DNA from: Chiloscyllium plagiosum
Taxonomy: Eukaryota
Assembly: GCF_004010195.1 (NCBI RefSeq)
Contig: NC_057751.1
Location: 13,602,267 to 13,666,266 of the forward strand
Length of the DNA stretch: 64,000 nt
Direction: 5' to 3'
The notes below the pieces were generated by a model that worked only from the letters and a program-made list of their open reading frames with translations, was not told the origin of the DNA and searched no databases. The translations under genes were made by a program, and so were the position numbers. Below are positions 1 through 11,675 of the stretch, piece after piece (position 1 is the first letter of the stretch; each line of letters opens with the position of its first letter).

Positions 1-329
1 CTGATTTCCAAAATATTTAAAACACACGTCAGATGATAACCCAAGTAGCATAATTGTTGGATCAATAGATTGTATGTGCTGACATCAACTGGCTGATAAA
101 TGAATCAAGGTTGAAGCATGAAAGGTATTTTGTTTGGAGACAGTCACTTTGGACTCAGCACTCTTTTAGGAGCAGAAGATTATTATGTATTTCATGCAAT
201 ATCTTCATAAAGGGCAGAAAGTTCCAAATCACATGAAAGCAAATGAGCTGAAACTATACAGGTAAGGGATTTCTTTTCAAAGATACAGCAGACAATGAAG
301 ATAGTGGATAGGTCAGTCACATATTCTGT

Positions 330-1390
330 AAGATCATCAACAGGGAAGTACAATTAGGCATGGAGTCTGGTCTGCTATTCAGTCATGACTGATCTATTTC
401 TCAACCCCATTCTCCTACCTTCTTGGATCTCTTTACTAATCAAGGACCTCTATATCTCTGCCTTAAATACACCCATTCACTTGGCCTCCATAGCTGACTG
501 CGGCACTGAGTTCCACAGATTTGCCACCCCCTGAATCAAGATATTCCACCTCATCTCAAAGGTCGTGCCTTCACTCTGTGGCGGTGCCCTCAGGTCCTAG
601 TCTCTCCTACCAGTGGAAATATCTTCTCCACATCCAGTCTATCCAGGTTTTATGGTATTCTGTAAGGTTCAATGAGATTTCCCACACAATTCTTAAAAGC
701 TCCACAGTGTCTAGACACAGAGTCCTCAACCGTTTCTCATGTGACAAGTCTTTCATTCCTGGGGTCTTTCTTGTAAACTGGCAAAAATGAGGACTGCAGA
801 TGCTGGAGTTCAGAGTCAAGATTAGAGTGGTGCTGGAAAAGCACAACAGGTCAGGTAACATCCGAGGAGCAGGAAAATTGATGTTTCGGGAAAAAGCCTG
901 AAACATCGATTTTCCTGCTCCTCGGAAAATGCCTGACCTGCTGTACTTTTCCAGCACTACACTAATCTTGACTCTTTCTTGTAAACCCTGTCCAACACCA
1001 GCATACCTTTCCTTAGATACGAGGCCCAAAACTTCTCAGCATATTCCAAATGTGGTCTGGCCAGAGCCTTATTCAGCCTCAGCTGTACATCTTTGCTCTT
1101 GTATTGTAGCCCTCTTGAGATGAATGCTAACACGGCATTTGCCTTCCGAACTGCCAACTGAACTTGCATGTTAACTTTAAAAGAATCCAGAACAAAGACT
1201 CCTAATTCCCTTTGTGCTTCTGATTTCCAAAGCCTTTCCCTATGTAGAAAATAGTTTATTTTTCTTCCTACCAAAGAAAATATTCTTCCTACCAAAGTCC
1301 ATAATCTCACACTTGCTCACATTGTATTCCATCTACCACTTCCTTGTCCTACCCTTGTCCAAGTCCTGCAGCCACTCCACTTTCTCAACA
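330..1390 (-). mobile_element. CR1 LINE 3' fragment, decayed, interrupted by a Penelope-derived fold-back insert
   Basis: ORF 957..1310 with RELGVFV...KALARPHLEY..FW, typical of the CR1 ORF2 C-terminus. Confidence 0.8.
779..972. mobile_element. Penelope-like terminal-repeat insert, inverted (fold-back) pair
   Basis: Two inverted copies of the repeat that ends the PLE at 43480-43570; 14-bp TSD tctttcttgtaaac at 765-778 and 973-986. Confidence 0.8.
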
Positions 1391-1460
1391 TTACGTGTTA
1401 GATTTCAGTGAATGTCGGAGCAAGAAAAATAATAAATGAGTGAGGAGGTTATGCCTGTGG

Positions 1461-1946
1461 TATTGAATTGGATTGAATTGAATTTATTGTCACATGTACC
1501 GAGGCACAGTGAAAAGCTTTGTCTTGCGAACAATACAGGCAGACCACAGAGTTAAGGAGCATAGATAGTAAATAATAGGTAAACAGCGGCAAAAACAAAA
1601 ACAGATACAGGCGAATGTTAAGAGTTTATGAGTCCATTCAGTATTCTAACAACAGTAGGGTAGAAACTGTTACAAAACCGGCTGGTGCATGTGTTCAGGC
1701 TTCTGTACCTTCTCCCCGATGGTAGAGGTTGTATAGAAATGTTGCCAAGGTGGGATAGATCTTTGAGAATGCTGGCGGCCTTTCCTTGGAAAAAAGCCTG
1801 GTAGATGGATTCTATAGATGGGAGATTGGCCTTTGTGATTGTCCGGGCCAAGTTCCCACTCTCTGTAATTGTCTCCGAACCTGACTGGTCCAGTTGCCAT
1901 ATCACGTAAAGATACATCCAGACAGAATGCTCTCGATGGTGCACCG
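1461..1946 (-). mobile_element. Rex1/Babar-type LINE 3' fragment
   Basis: [13 protein letters not shown]...HPG...LPSGRRYRS...SFYP C-terminal motifs; (AATTC)n tail; homologous to 27771-28290 and 60559-61412. Confidence 0.75.
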
Positions 1947-4944
1947 ATGGTCTGAAATTCTGACAATGAACAAAATATCAGAGTAGAATACCAGAAATAA
2001 ACGTTGTCCTCTCCTTTCAAGCTAAATCCACTATCTCCCTCAGTGGGAGACAGCATGTGCAGTAGCAACGTGTACCTCTCGGAATCAAATCAGTTTAATA
2101 CCACTGTATTCTTGGTGAGGAAAGAGCCATGAAATCCTTAGTTCCAGATTTGAATGGGGTGGGCTAAAGCACATACCCAGAAATCTGTGCAAAAGTGCCT
2201 CATTTCAGCGCAACATAATGCGATATGATTTATTTCATTACGGATTCAATGTATCAATATTTTAGAACCTGTTTCTTCATGCATATTGTTCTATTTTGCA
2301 CTATTAATCCATCATTTGGACTTTCCAAAGCCTGTTAAATGGATATATCTGAGACCTAGAGGAAATTGAAACTGCACTCAGTCAATAAGACTTTCATACT
2401 GTCACCTAATGTTAGCTTTTTCAAATTACCCGACCTGAGTCTGGTGTGCTCATTAGGAATTAACATTGAAAGTAAGCTCATAGTGTTCACAACCCCAACT
2501 GACCTCATGGTCTCTGATTCTTCTCCTTATCTCTTGCCTTCCACCCAGACTCCCTATATGCTACCCCATCCCATATGATCCTCTCCTTCAACCTCCAATC
2601 CTGATGATTCTCTGGTTGATTTGCAATTAGAATGCTAACACCAGTCCAAAATTGTTCTCGAAGCCTCACACACAGCACAGAAGGAGGCCATAAAATCCAT
2701 CATTTCAGCTGACAAAGATCCGGCGACATTAATCTCATTTTCTAGCCCTTGGCTCATGTAGCCCTGGAGACGATCGAAACATAAGTGAAGATTGAAATAC
2801 GGCTGAACTGTTACAAGAGTTTCTGACTCAATCACTCATCCAGGTAGTGAGTTCTTGATTCCCACAACTCACTGAATGAAAAAAGCTTCTCCTCAGCTCT
2901 TCTCTGAGCCTTATTAAACCTATGCCCCCTGGTGATTAATGGGAATTCCTAATCACTCTGTCTATGCCCCTCATAATCTTATACATCTCGAAAAGGTCCC
3001 TTTTCAACTTTTGCTGCTCCAAGGCAAAACAACCTGAGCCGACCCAATCTTTCCTCATATCTCAGATTGACCCTCTAGCCAATGCACCACTCAGGTTATC
3101 TCATCTGCACCCTCTCCACTGCAATCACAGTCTTTCTATTGTGTGGTGACCAAGATAAATGCTTATGTATTTTAGCTTGAATTTTTCCCACTCTTAAATG
3201 ATCCCCTCCTGGTAAGTCATGCGCCACTCACAACATATCCGTTCTATAACCCACTGGCAATACGACTTGATGAACTCCTGCCCATTTTTCATCTGCCTAA
3301 ATATGTGATGGTCTCCATTTCCTCATTAAGACATCATTTTTAAGATAATAACATTCAGAGATACATTCAGATTCTTTTTCTGGGTGTGCCTTTTGAGACA
3401 ATTGCTTTAAATATTTATCTTTCTGCTGTAACTCAGTTAATTTATCTGAGCTAATGATGTCTGCTTTGTCATGTATTTGCTCCTGGCTTGTCTCAACCAT
3501 CTGATCAAACAGGGTCTTTGCTAATTCCACTTCAACTTTCTTATCTATATTGTTTGATCTCTCCTGTTTCAACTGGTGACTTTGTGACCTCATTAAAACA
3601 AAGTCAGGAAAAATCTGAGGATATGTGTCCTACAATAGTTGAGTTGCTTGAGTTTCCATTGGCTTTTAAACCACAGTAGCCAGCACTCTTACCTGTGAAC
3701 CAGCTATATCATTGGCAAGGACAAATTGTATTCCCGGAGCTGAGAGTTTGTCCAGTACTCCTACCATGACTTCCCTACTCTTCAATGGACACTTTAACCT
3801 CACTCTACATAATGGAGTGCTCCTTGTCTCACCATGAATTCCCATGACTAGCACCTTTTCTGGCAATAGTCCTTCAGAGGTACATATCTCCTCATCTTCC
3901 AACACCACAGATTGAGACGATCCTGTATCTCTTAATATTGTAACCTCTTTACTTGCTGATCCTGGCCTAAGCAAGGAAACTTCACCTTCGCAGGTACATG
4001 GTTTAAGAAGATCTGGCATTTCCTCCTTAACCATCCTCTGACCAGCTTGTACATACTGGTGCAGCTTTCTAGCCTCCACTGTCCCTTCCATTACCACTCC
4101 AACAAAATTCACTGGCTTATCTTGTTTTCCTACATCTGGCTTCCCAATGCTTTTCCTAATTCATCAACACTGTGGCCTATTTTATTGCAGTGAAAACATT
4201 GGAACTTTTTTAACTTCTGGTTCACCTTCAAGGGTTTTCTTTTTCTTATGACCCTCACTGAGATCTACCTTTTCCTTTGACTGTGAGGATTTCTCTTTTC
4301 CTCAATTTACACCTCTCATGGATTGAAATTTATTTGGGAAGCCAAACTTTCATTGATGGACCAACTCATAATCAGCAGCCATTTCAGCTCCTAATCTGCT
4401 GTTCAAACTCTCTGCTCTTCCACATGAGTTCTCACTACTTCAGGAAGTGAATTATTGAACTCCTCCAAAATAATTGTCTCTCGAAGAGCGTCATAGGTTT
4501 GCTCTGTTTTTGACCCACCTCTCAAAATTACTTTGTTTGATTATTTCAAACTCAATGTAGGTTTGACTAGGGTCCCTTCTTAGATTCTTAAAACGTTGTC
4601 TGTCGGCTTCTGGCATAAGCTCATATGCATTAAGATGACATTAAGATGCTCCAGATACCTCCTCTGATAGTGATGCAAATACCTCACTAGCCCTACCTAA
4701 ATGTTTTGTTTGGATCATCAAAACCCACATGGTCACTGACCACCGCATTTGTTTAGCCACCTTTTCAAATGAGATGAAAAAGGTTTTTACATCCTTCTCC
4801 TCAAATTTAGGCAATGCTTGAAGATATTTAAACAGATTCTCACTCGGCCCATGACATCGATATGTTTGCTCATCCTCGCTTCCTTCTTCACTAGGTTTGC
4901 CTTCAGTCTTCATCTCCACCCTTTTTTGCTGACTTTCCTGGCTA

Positions 4945-5519
4945 TTCGCAGAGCGCTTCAGAGAACATTTCTGGGACACCCGCACCAACCAACCCCATAA
5001 AGGCTGAACACTTCAACTCCCCCTCCCACTCCACCAAGAAGATGCAGGTCCTGGGCCTCCTCCATCGCCACTCCCTAACCACCTGATGTCTGGAGGAAGA
5101 ACCCCTCATCTTCGGCTTCGGGACCCTCCAACCCCACGGCATCAATGTGGATTTCACCAGTTTCCTCATTTCCCCTCCCCTCACCTTATCCTAGATCGAA
5201 TCTTCCAACTTGACAGCACCCTCATAACCTGTCATACCTGTCCATTTTCCTTTCCACCTATCTGCTCCACCCTGCCCTTTGACCTATCACCTTCACCTCA
5301 CCTCCATCTACCTATCGCACTCTCAGCCACTTTCCCCCCAGCCCAATACCCACTTCCCATTTATCTTACCACCCCCTCAGTTCACAGCCTCATTCCTCAT
5401 TAAGGGCTTTTGCCCAAAATGTCGATTCTCCTGCTCCTCGGATGCTGCCTGACCTGCTGTGCTTTTCCAGCACCACATTCTCGACGTTAATCTCCAGCAT
5501 CTGCCGTCCTCACTTTTGC
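4945..5519 (+). mobile_element. Penelope-like element 3' fragment inserted in Gypsy gag
   Basis: Homologous to 43040-43570; TSD ctttcctg(g/t)cta at 4933-4944 and 5520-5531; the uninterrupted gag site is visible in the second Gypsy copy near 53040. Confidence 0.85.
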
Positions 5520-6046
5520 CTTTCCTGTCTAAGTGCCAATTGATGAAATTCAAACTCCCTCTTTTTCTTCCTTTCCTCTCTCTCTGTCCTTTCTGTCTTT
5601 TTCTTTTTGTTTTGCTAAAGTTATTTGTTCTTCTTCTCTTGCCTCTGCTTTTAATTGCAATTCAAACTGTTTCATTTTTGTTGCCCTTTCCTTGTCTTTT
5701 GCCTCGAACTCAAGCTGCTTCATTTTCAACTCAATTTTCGCCATCTCGAAAGATTCTGGTGCATTTCCATCAAATTTAAATGCTGTAATTATCTTTCCTT
5801 TCTTCATGGAAGGAGGCAGCTGCAACTCTAGTTTGTCTGCTAATTCCAGCAGCATGCCCCTAATCACCTTTTACAAAATCCCTGAAGTCACTTCTTCCAC
5901 CCCCAGAAAACCCTTTGTGACTAAAAGAGCCATTGTAATCCCAAGCACAGTTTAAAGCAACCCAAAATCAACAAAAGACACTAACACCTACCATTCGCAG
6001 CCTTTGAGCCCAGTAATCCTAATCCCAATTTGTAACGATAGAACAA

Positions 6047-6064
6047 ATCCCAGATGAGCCCCCA
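6047..6064 (-). other. Primer binding site, tRNA-Pro type
   Basis: TGGGGGCTCATCTGGGAT, 3 nt after the LTR end; differs from the tRNA-Pro PBS TGGGGGCTCGTCCGGGAT by two transitions at CpG sites. Confidence 0.75.
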
Positions 6065-6709
6065 ATCTGTTATGGACCAGGCCAGACCCCCTCAGAGCAT
6101 TTCAAGAAAGTAGCCCAGACCATAACTTTGCTAGTTCCTTTCAGCAAGTATAACACAGATATTCCAGGAGGAATGCAAATGGTCAAATCACTTGGTTTTA
6201 AACAAAACAGAATTTATTTACAAGATTACCGAATGAAAAACAAAGAGAAGAGAATACAGAATAACTTAACCTATCTGAAAATCCAACAGATTATCCCAAT
6301 TTAATGATGCTGTACCCACAACAATCCCCATAAACACCCCTTAGCACCAAAGATAAGATAGGGTCTTTCAGGAGAGAGAGAGAGAGAGGTAGCAATATGA
6401 AACACCCTCTTCCATGTATCTGTTTCTTTGATCAACAGCCTCAAAACTGCCTGACTGCTTTCACTGAGCAGCCAGACAGCTAAAAACCAAACCAAACCAC
6501 AGTAAAGCTGAGTTGGGAGAACTGACCACTCCCTTTTCATTGTACAAGTGTTTTATTTTACATTGAAAGCCTTTTTCCTGAGGCAGTATCTGTTAGCTAT
6601 AATCAAATTGGCCCTAAAACCCATCTAAACCAGACTTTTCAGAATTGCTGCTTTTACGACCTCTCTGAAGAAAAACCCATTACCTTGTTAAAGGAGCAGC
6701 ATCATGGCA

Positions 6710-7450
6710 AAACCATTTGGCTTTTCTTTTATTTGACCAGCCAGGGCTTTCTCATGCATTCTCTTGAATTTCTTAATTTCCTTGCTAAGTTCTTCCCTGT
6801 GATTTTTATACCATGTAGGAACTCTGTTGTATTGAGCCCAGAAGCTTCTCCTTTTATCTTCATCCTTCAGACCTTGACCTTCAGAGTTCTTCGGCCTTGA
6901 TCCAATCCTTTGTCTTCCCAGGAACATAGTTGCCTTATACTTTTGCTATTTCCTTCCTGAATGCCTCCCACTGCTCTTAGTAAGTTTGATCTGGAAGTAG
7001 CTGTTCTCCAGCCATCTGAGCAAAATCTTATCTTAGTAAAATTAGCCTCTCCCTAGTTTCGAACCTTTATTCTGGGACAATCTTTCTTCTTTTCTACAAC
7101 TATCATTAATCCAACTGAATTACAGTCATTATGTCCAAGATGTTTCCCTCCTGAACGTTGATGAAATTTGACTCTCTGGTTCTCTCTGACTGTTGGGGAC
7201 CGAGAGTACCCAATGAATAGTGTTTTTTCTCCTTTTGTGATTTTTACTTCTCGCCATGTGGCCTCATATGGTGATCCTTCCATGAAATCATCCTCCATCA
7301 TTGATGTAATGAATAACTCAATCAATATTGCAACCCCCGGCACCCCCTCTGCACTTCACCTGACTCTGGTATAACCAGAAATATTGCTCTGACAATCTTT
7401 CCCATCTTTCAGCCAAGTCTTAGTCATAGTTATGGTATAATACTCCCACA
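6710..7450 (-). mobile_element. Old CR1 LINE, endonuclease-region fragment (continues at 13085)
   Basis: Decayed APE-domain sequence; reads on from GIYFNARSLRNK at ~13150 across the inserted block. Confidence 0.6.
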
Positions 7451-7657
7451 TCGGTACAACGTTCGACAAAGTTTCTCATGGTAGACTGGTTAGCAAGATT
7501 ACATTGCATGAAATACAGAGAGAACTAGCCATTTGGATTCAGAACTGGCTTGAAGGAAGAAGAAAGAGGGTGGTGGTGAAGGGTTGCCTTTCAGACTGGA
7601 GGCCTGTGGCCAGTGATATGCCACAAGGATCGGTGCTGGGTTCACTGCTTTTCATCA

Positions 7658-9475
7658 GAGAACAAAGAACAAAGAAAATTTACAGCTCAGGAAAATTTAC
7701 CACCCTCCAAGTCTGAGCTGATCCAAATCTACTGTTTAAACCTGTCGCCCAATTCCTAAGCATCTGTATCCCTCTGCTCCCCACCGACTCATGCATCTGT
7801 CAAGATGCACCTTAAATGAATCTACCGTGCCTGCCTTTACCACCTGTGCTGGCAACGCGTTCCAGGCGCCTACCACCCTCTGTGTAAAGTACTTGTCACG
7901 TGTATCCCCCTTAAACTTTTCACCTCTCACCTTGAAAGTGTAACCTCTCGTTATTGAACCCTTCAAACTGGGAAAATGTTTATCTCTATCCACCCTGTCT
8001 ATACCCTTCATGATTTTGTTGACCTCAATCAGGTCCCCCCTCAATCTCCTTTTTTCTAATGAAAACAATCCTAACCGACTCAACCATTCTTCATAGCTAG
8101 CACCTTCCATACCAGGCAACAGCCTCGTAAACCTTCTCTGCACCCTCTCCAAAGTGTCCACACCTTTTTGGTAATGTGGTGACCAGAACTATACACAGTA
8201 CTCGAAATACAGCTGAACCAAAGTCATGCACAATTTTAACATGACCTACCAGTGTTTATACTCAATACCCCGTCTGATGAAGACATGCATACCATATGCC
8301 TTCTTGACCACTCTATCCATCTGTGTGGCAACCTTCAGGGTACAATGAACCTGAACTCCCAGATTTCTCTGCTCATCAACTTTTCCCAAGGCTCTTCCAT
8401 TTACTGTATAATTTGCTCTAGAATTAGACTTCTCAAAATGCATCACCTCACATTTGCCTGGATTGAACTCCATCTGTCACTTCTCTGCCCAACTCTCCAA
8501 TCTATCTATATTCTCCTGTATTCTTTGACAGTCCCTTATGCTTTCTGCTACTCCACCAATCTTCGTGTCATCTACAAACTTGCTGATCATAACAACAGTG
8601 CCCTCTTCCAGATCATTTATGTATATCACAAACAACACTGGCACCAGCACTGATCCCTGTGGAACACCACTGGTCACCTTTCTCCATTTCAAGAAACTAC
8701 CTTCAACTCTTACTGTCTGACTCTTGTTGCTTAACCAGTTCTTTATCCACCTAGCTGGAACACTCTGCACACCATGTGACTTCACTTTCTCTGTTAACTT
8801 ACCATGGGGAACCTTCTCAAACGCCTTACTAAAGTCCATGTATATGACATCTACAGCCCTTCCTTCATCTATCAACTTGGTCACCTCCTCAAAGAGCTCT
8901 ATTAAGTTGGTAAGGCACAATCTCCCCTGCACAAAACCATGTTGCTTATCACTGATAAGCCCATTGTTTTCTAAATATAAATAGATCCTATCCCTCAGTA
9001 CCTTCTCCAGCAACTTTCCCACCACTGATGTCAGGCTCACTGCTCTGTGGTTACCCAGAATATCCCTGCTACCTTCTTGTATAGGGGGACAACATGAGCA
9101 ATCCTCCAGTCCTCCGGCACCTCACCTGTGTTTAAGGATGCTACAAAGATATCTGTCAGGGCTCCAACTATTTCCTCTCTTGCCTTCCTCAGCAACCTGG
9201 GTTAGATCCTATCCAGTCCTGGAGATTTGTCCACCTTAGTAACCTCTAGCCTACCCACACATCTTCCCTACTTATGTCAACGTAATCCAGACTAATCAAA
9301 CTTCTATCTCTAATCTCAACATTCATCATGTTCCTCTCCTCAGTGAATATTGATGCAAAGTAACCATTCAGAATCTCACCCATTCTCTCAGGTTCGACAC
9401 ACAGCCTTTCTTCATTATCCTTTAGTGGATCAATCCTTTCTCTGGTTACCCGCTTGCTTCTTATATAAGAATAAA
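7658..9475 (-). mobile_element. CR1 LINE ORF2 (RT and C-terminus), relatively young
   Basis: ORFs 8477..9040 ([25 protein letters not shown]), 8246..8473 and 7736..8161; short repeat tail. Confidence 0.92.
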
Positions 9476-11545
9476 AGTACAAATGACTTAAATGTGAACA
9501 TAGGAGATATAGTTAATAAGTTTGCAGATGACACCAAAATTGGAGGTGTAGTGGACAGCAAAGAAGGTTACCTCAAAGTACAACAGGACCTTTATCAGAT
9601 GGGCCAATGGGCTGAGGAGTGGCAGATGGAGTTTAATTTAGATAAATGTGAGGTCATAGAGCCATAGAGATGTACAGCATGGAAACAGACCCTTTGGTCA
9701 AACTCATCCATGCTGACTAGATATCCCAACCTAATCTAGATCCATTTGCCAGCACATGGCCCATATCTCTCCAAACTCTTCCTACTCATATACCCATCCA
9801 GATGCCTTTTAAATGTTGCAATTGTACCAGCCTCCACCAGTTCCTCTGGCAGCTCATTCCATACACGTACCACCTGCTGCGTGAAACAATTGCCCCTTAG
9901 GTCTCTTTTATATCTTTTCCCCTTATCCCAAACCTATGTCCTCTAATTCTGGACTCCCCCACCCCAGGGAAAAGACTTTGTCTGTTTATCTTATCCATGC
10001 CCCCTCATTTTTTAAAGCTCTATAAGATCACCATTCAGACTCCAACGCTCCAGGGAAAACAGCCTGTTTCAGCTGTTCAACTTCTCCCTACAGCTCAAAT
10101 CCTCCAACCCTGGCAACGATCTTGTAAATCTTTTCTGAGCCCTTTCAAGTTTCACAACATCCTTCTGATAGGAAGGAGACCATGTTAACTACCCCTAATC
10201 AGTCCTTGCTTTTCCAGATACATGTAAATCATGTCCCTCAGGATTCCCTCCAACAACTTGCCCACCACTAACATCAGGCTCACCGGTCTATAATTCCCTG
10301 GCTTGTCCTTACCACCTTTCTTAAATAGTGGTAGCATGTTAGCCAACCTCGAATCTTCCAGCACCTCACCTGTAACTATCGATGATGGAAATATCTCAGC
10401 AAGGGGCCCAGCAATCACTTCCCTAGCTTTCCACAGAGTTCTAGGGTACTGGGGATTTATCCACCTTTATGCATTTCAAGACATCCAGCACTTTCTCCTG
10501 TGTAATATGGACATTTTTCAAGATGTTACCATCTATTTCCCTACATTCTATGTCTTCAATTTCCTTTCCCACAGTAAACATTGATGCCAAATACTCATTT
10601 AATATCTCCCCCATCTCCTGCGGGCTCCACACAAAGGCCGCCTTGCTGATCTTTGAGAGGCCCTATTCTCTCCCTAGTTACCCTTTTGTCCTTAATGTAT
10701 TTGTAAAAACCCTTTGGATTTTCCTTAACCATATTTGCCAAAGCTATCTCATGTCCCCTTTTTGCCCTCCTGATTTCCCTTTTAAGTATACTCTTACTGC
10801 CTTTATACTCGTCTAAGGATTCACTCGATTTATCCTGTCTATACCTGACAAACACTTACTTCTTTTTCTTAACCAAACCCTCAATTTATCTAGTCATCCA
10901 GCACTCCCTATACCTACCAGCCTTCCCTTTCATCCTGACAGGAATCTACTGTCTCTGGACTCTCGTTATCTCATTTCTGAAGGCTTCCCATTTTCCAACC
11001 GTCCCTTTACCTGCGAACATCTGCGCCCAATCAGCTTTCGAAAGTTCTTGCCTAATGCCGTCAAAATTAGCCTTCCGCAAATTTAGAACTTAAACTTTTA
11101 GATTGGTCTATCCTTTTCCATCACTATTTTAAAACAAATAGAATTGTGGTTGCTAGCCCCAAAGTGCTCCCCCACTGACACCTCAGTCAGCTGCCCTGCC
11201 TTATTTCCCAAGAGCAAGTCAAGTTTTGCACATTCTCTAGTAGGTACATCCACATACTGAATCAGAAAATGTTCTTGTACACACTTAACAAATTACTCTG
11301 CATCTAAACCTTTAACACTATGGCAGTCCCAGTCTATGTTTGGAAAGTTAAAAATCCCCTTCCATAACCACCCTATTATTCTTTCAGATAACTGAAATCT
11401 CCTTACAAATTTGCTTCTCAATTTTCTGCTATTAGGGGGTCTGTAATACAATCACAATAAGGTGATCATCCCTTTCTTATTTCTTAATTCCACCCAAATA
11501 ACTTCCCTGGATAGTTCCCAGGAATATCCTCCCTCAGTACAGCTG

Positions 11546-11675
11546 ATGAAGGACCACCTGATGAAGGAGCGGCGCTCCGAAAGCTAGTGTTTCCAATTAA
11601 ACCTGTTGGACTATAACCTGGTGTTGTGTGATTTTTAACTTTGTACACCCCAGTCCAACACCAGCATCTACAAAT
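11546..11675 (+). mobile_element. Short Penelope-derived terminal-repeat insert (second family) carrying a hammerhead motif
   Basis: 8-bp TSD tacagctg at 11538-11545 and 11676-11683; same family as 63455-63560 (minus); the empty site is seen in the CR1 near 57385. Confidence 0.8.
11555..11589 (+). ncRNA. Minimal type-I hammerhead ribozyme motif, core intact
   Basis: CAC-CTGATGA-A-GGAGC-GGC-GCTCC-GAAA-GC-TA-GTG: stem I CAC/GTG, stem II GGAGC/GCTCC, palindromic AGCT stem III, CUA cleavage triplet. Confidence 0.7.

Larger units (their letters stand above)
3155..6709 (-). mobile_element. Gypsy LTR retrotransposon (Gmr1-like), 3'-truncated: LTR ~6068-6709, PBS, gag, protease, start of integrase
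   Basis: LTR ends GGTCCATAACA on the minus strand. Gag-like LPKFEEKDV..FF..FEKVA (4641-4988); protease LRDTGSSQS (3666-4112); ELQQKD..L..YYLKNDVLMRKW followed by an H-x5-H integrase zinc-finger-like start (3160-3450). Confidence 0.85.
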
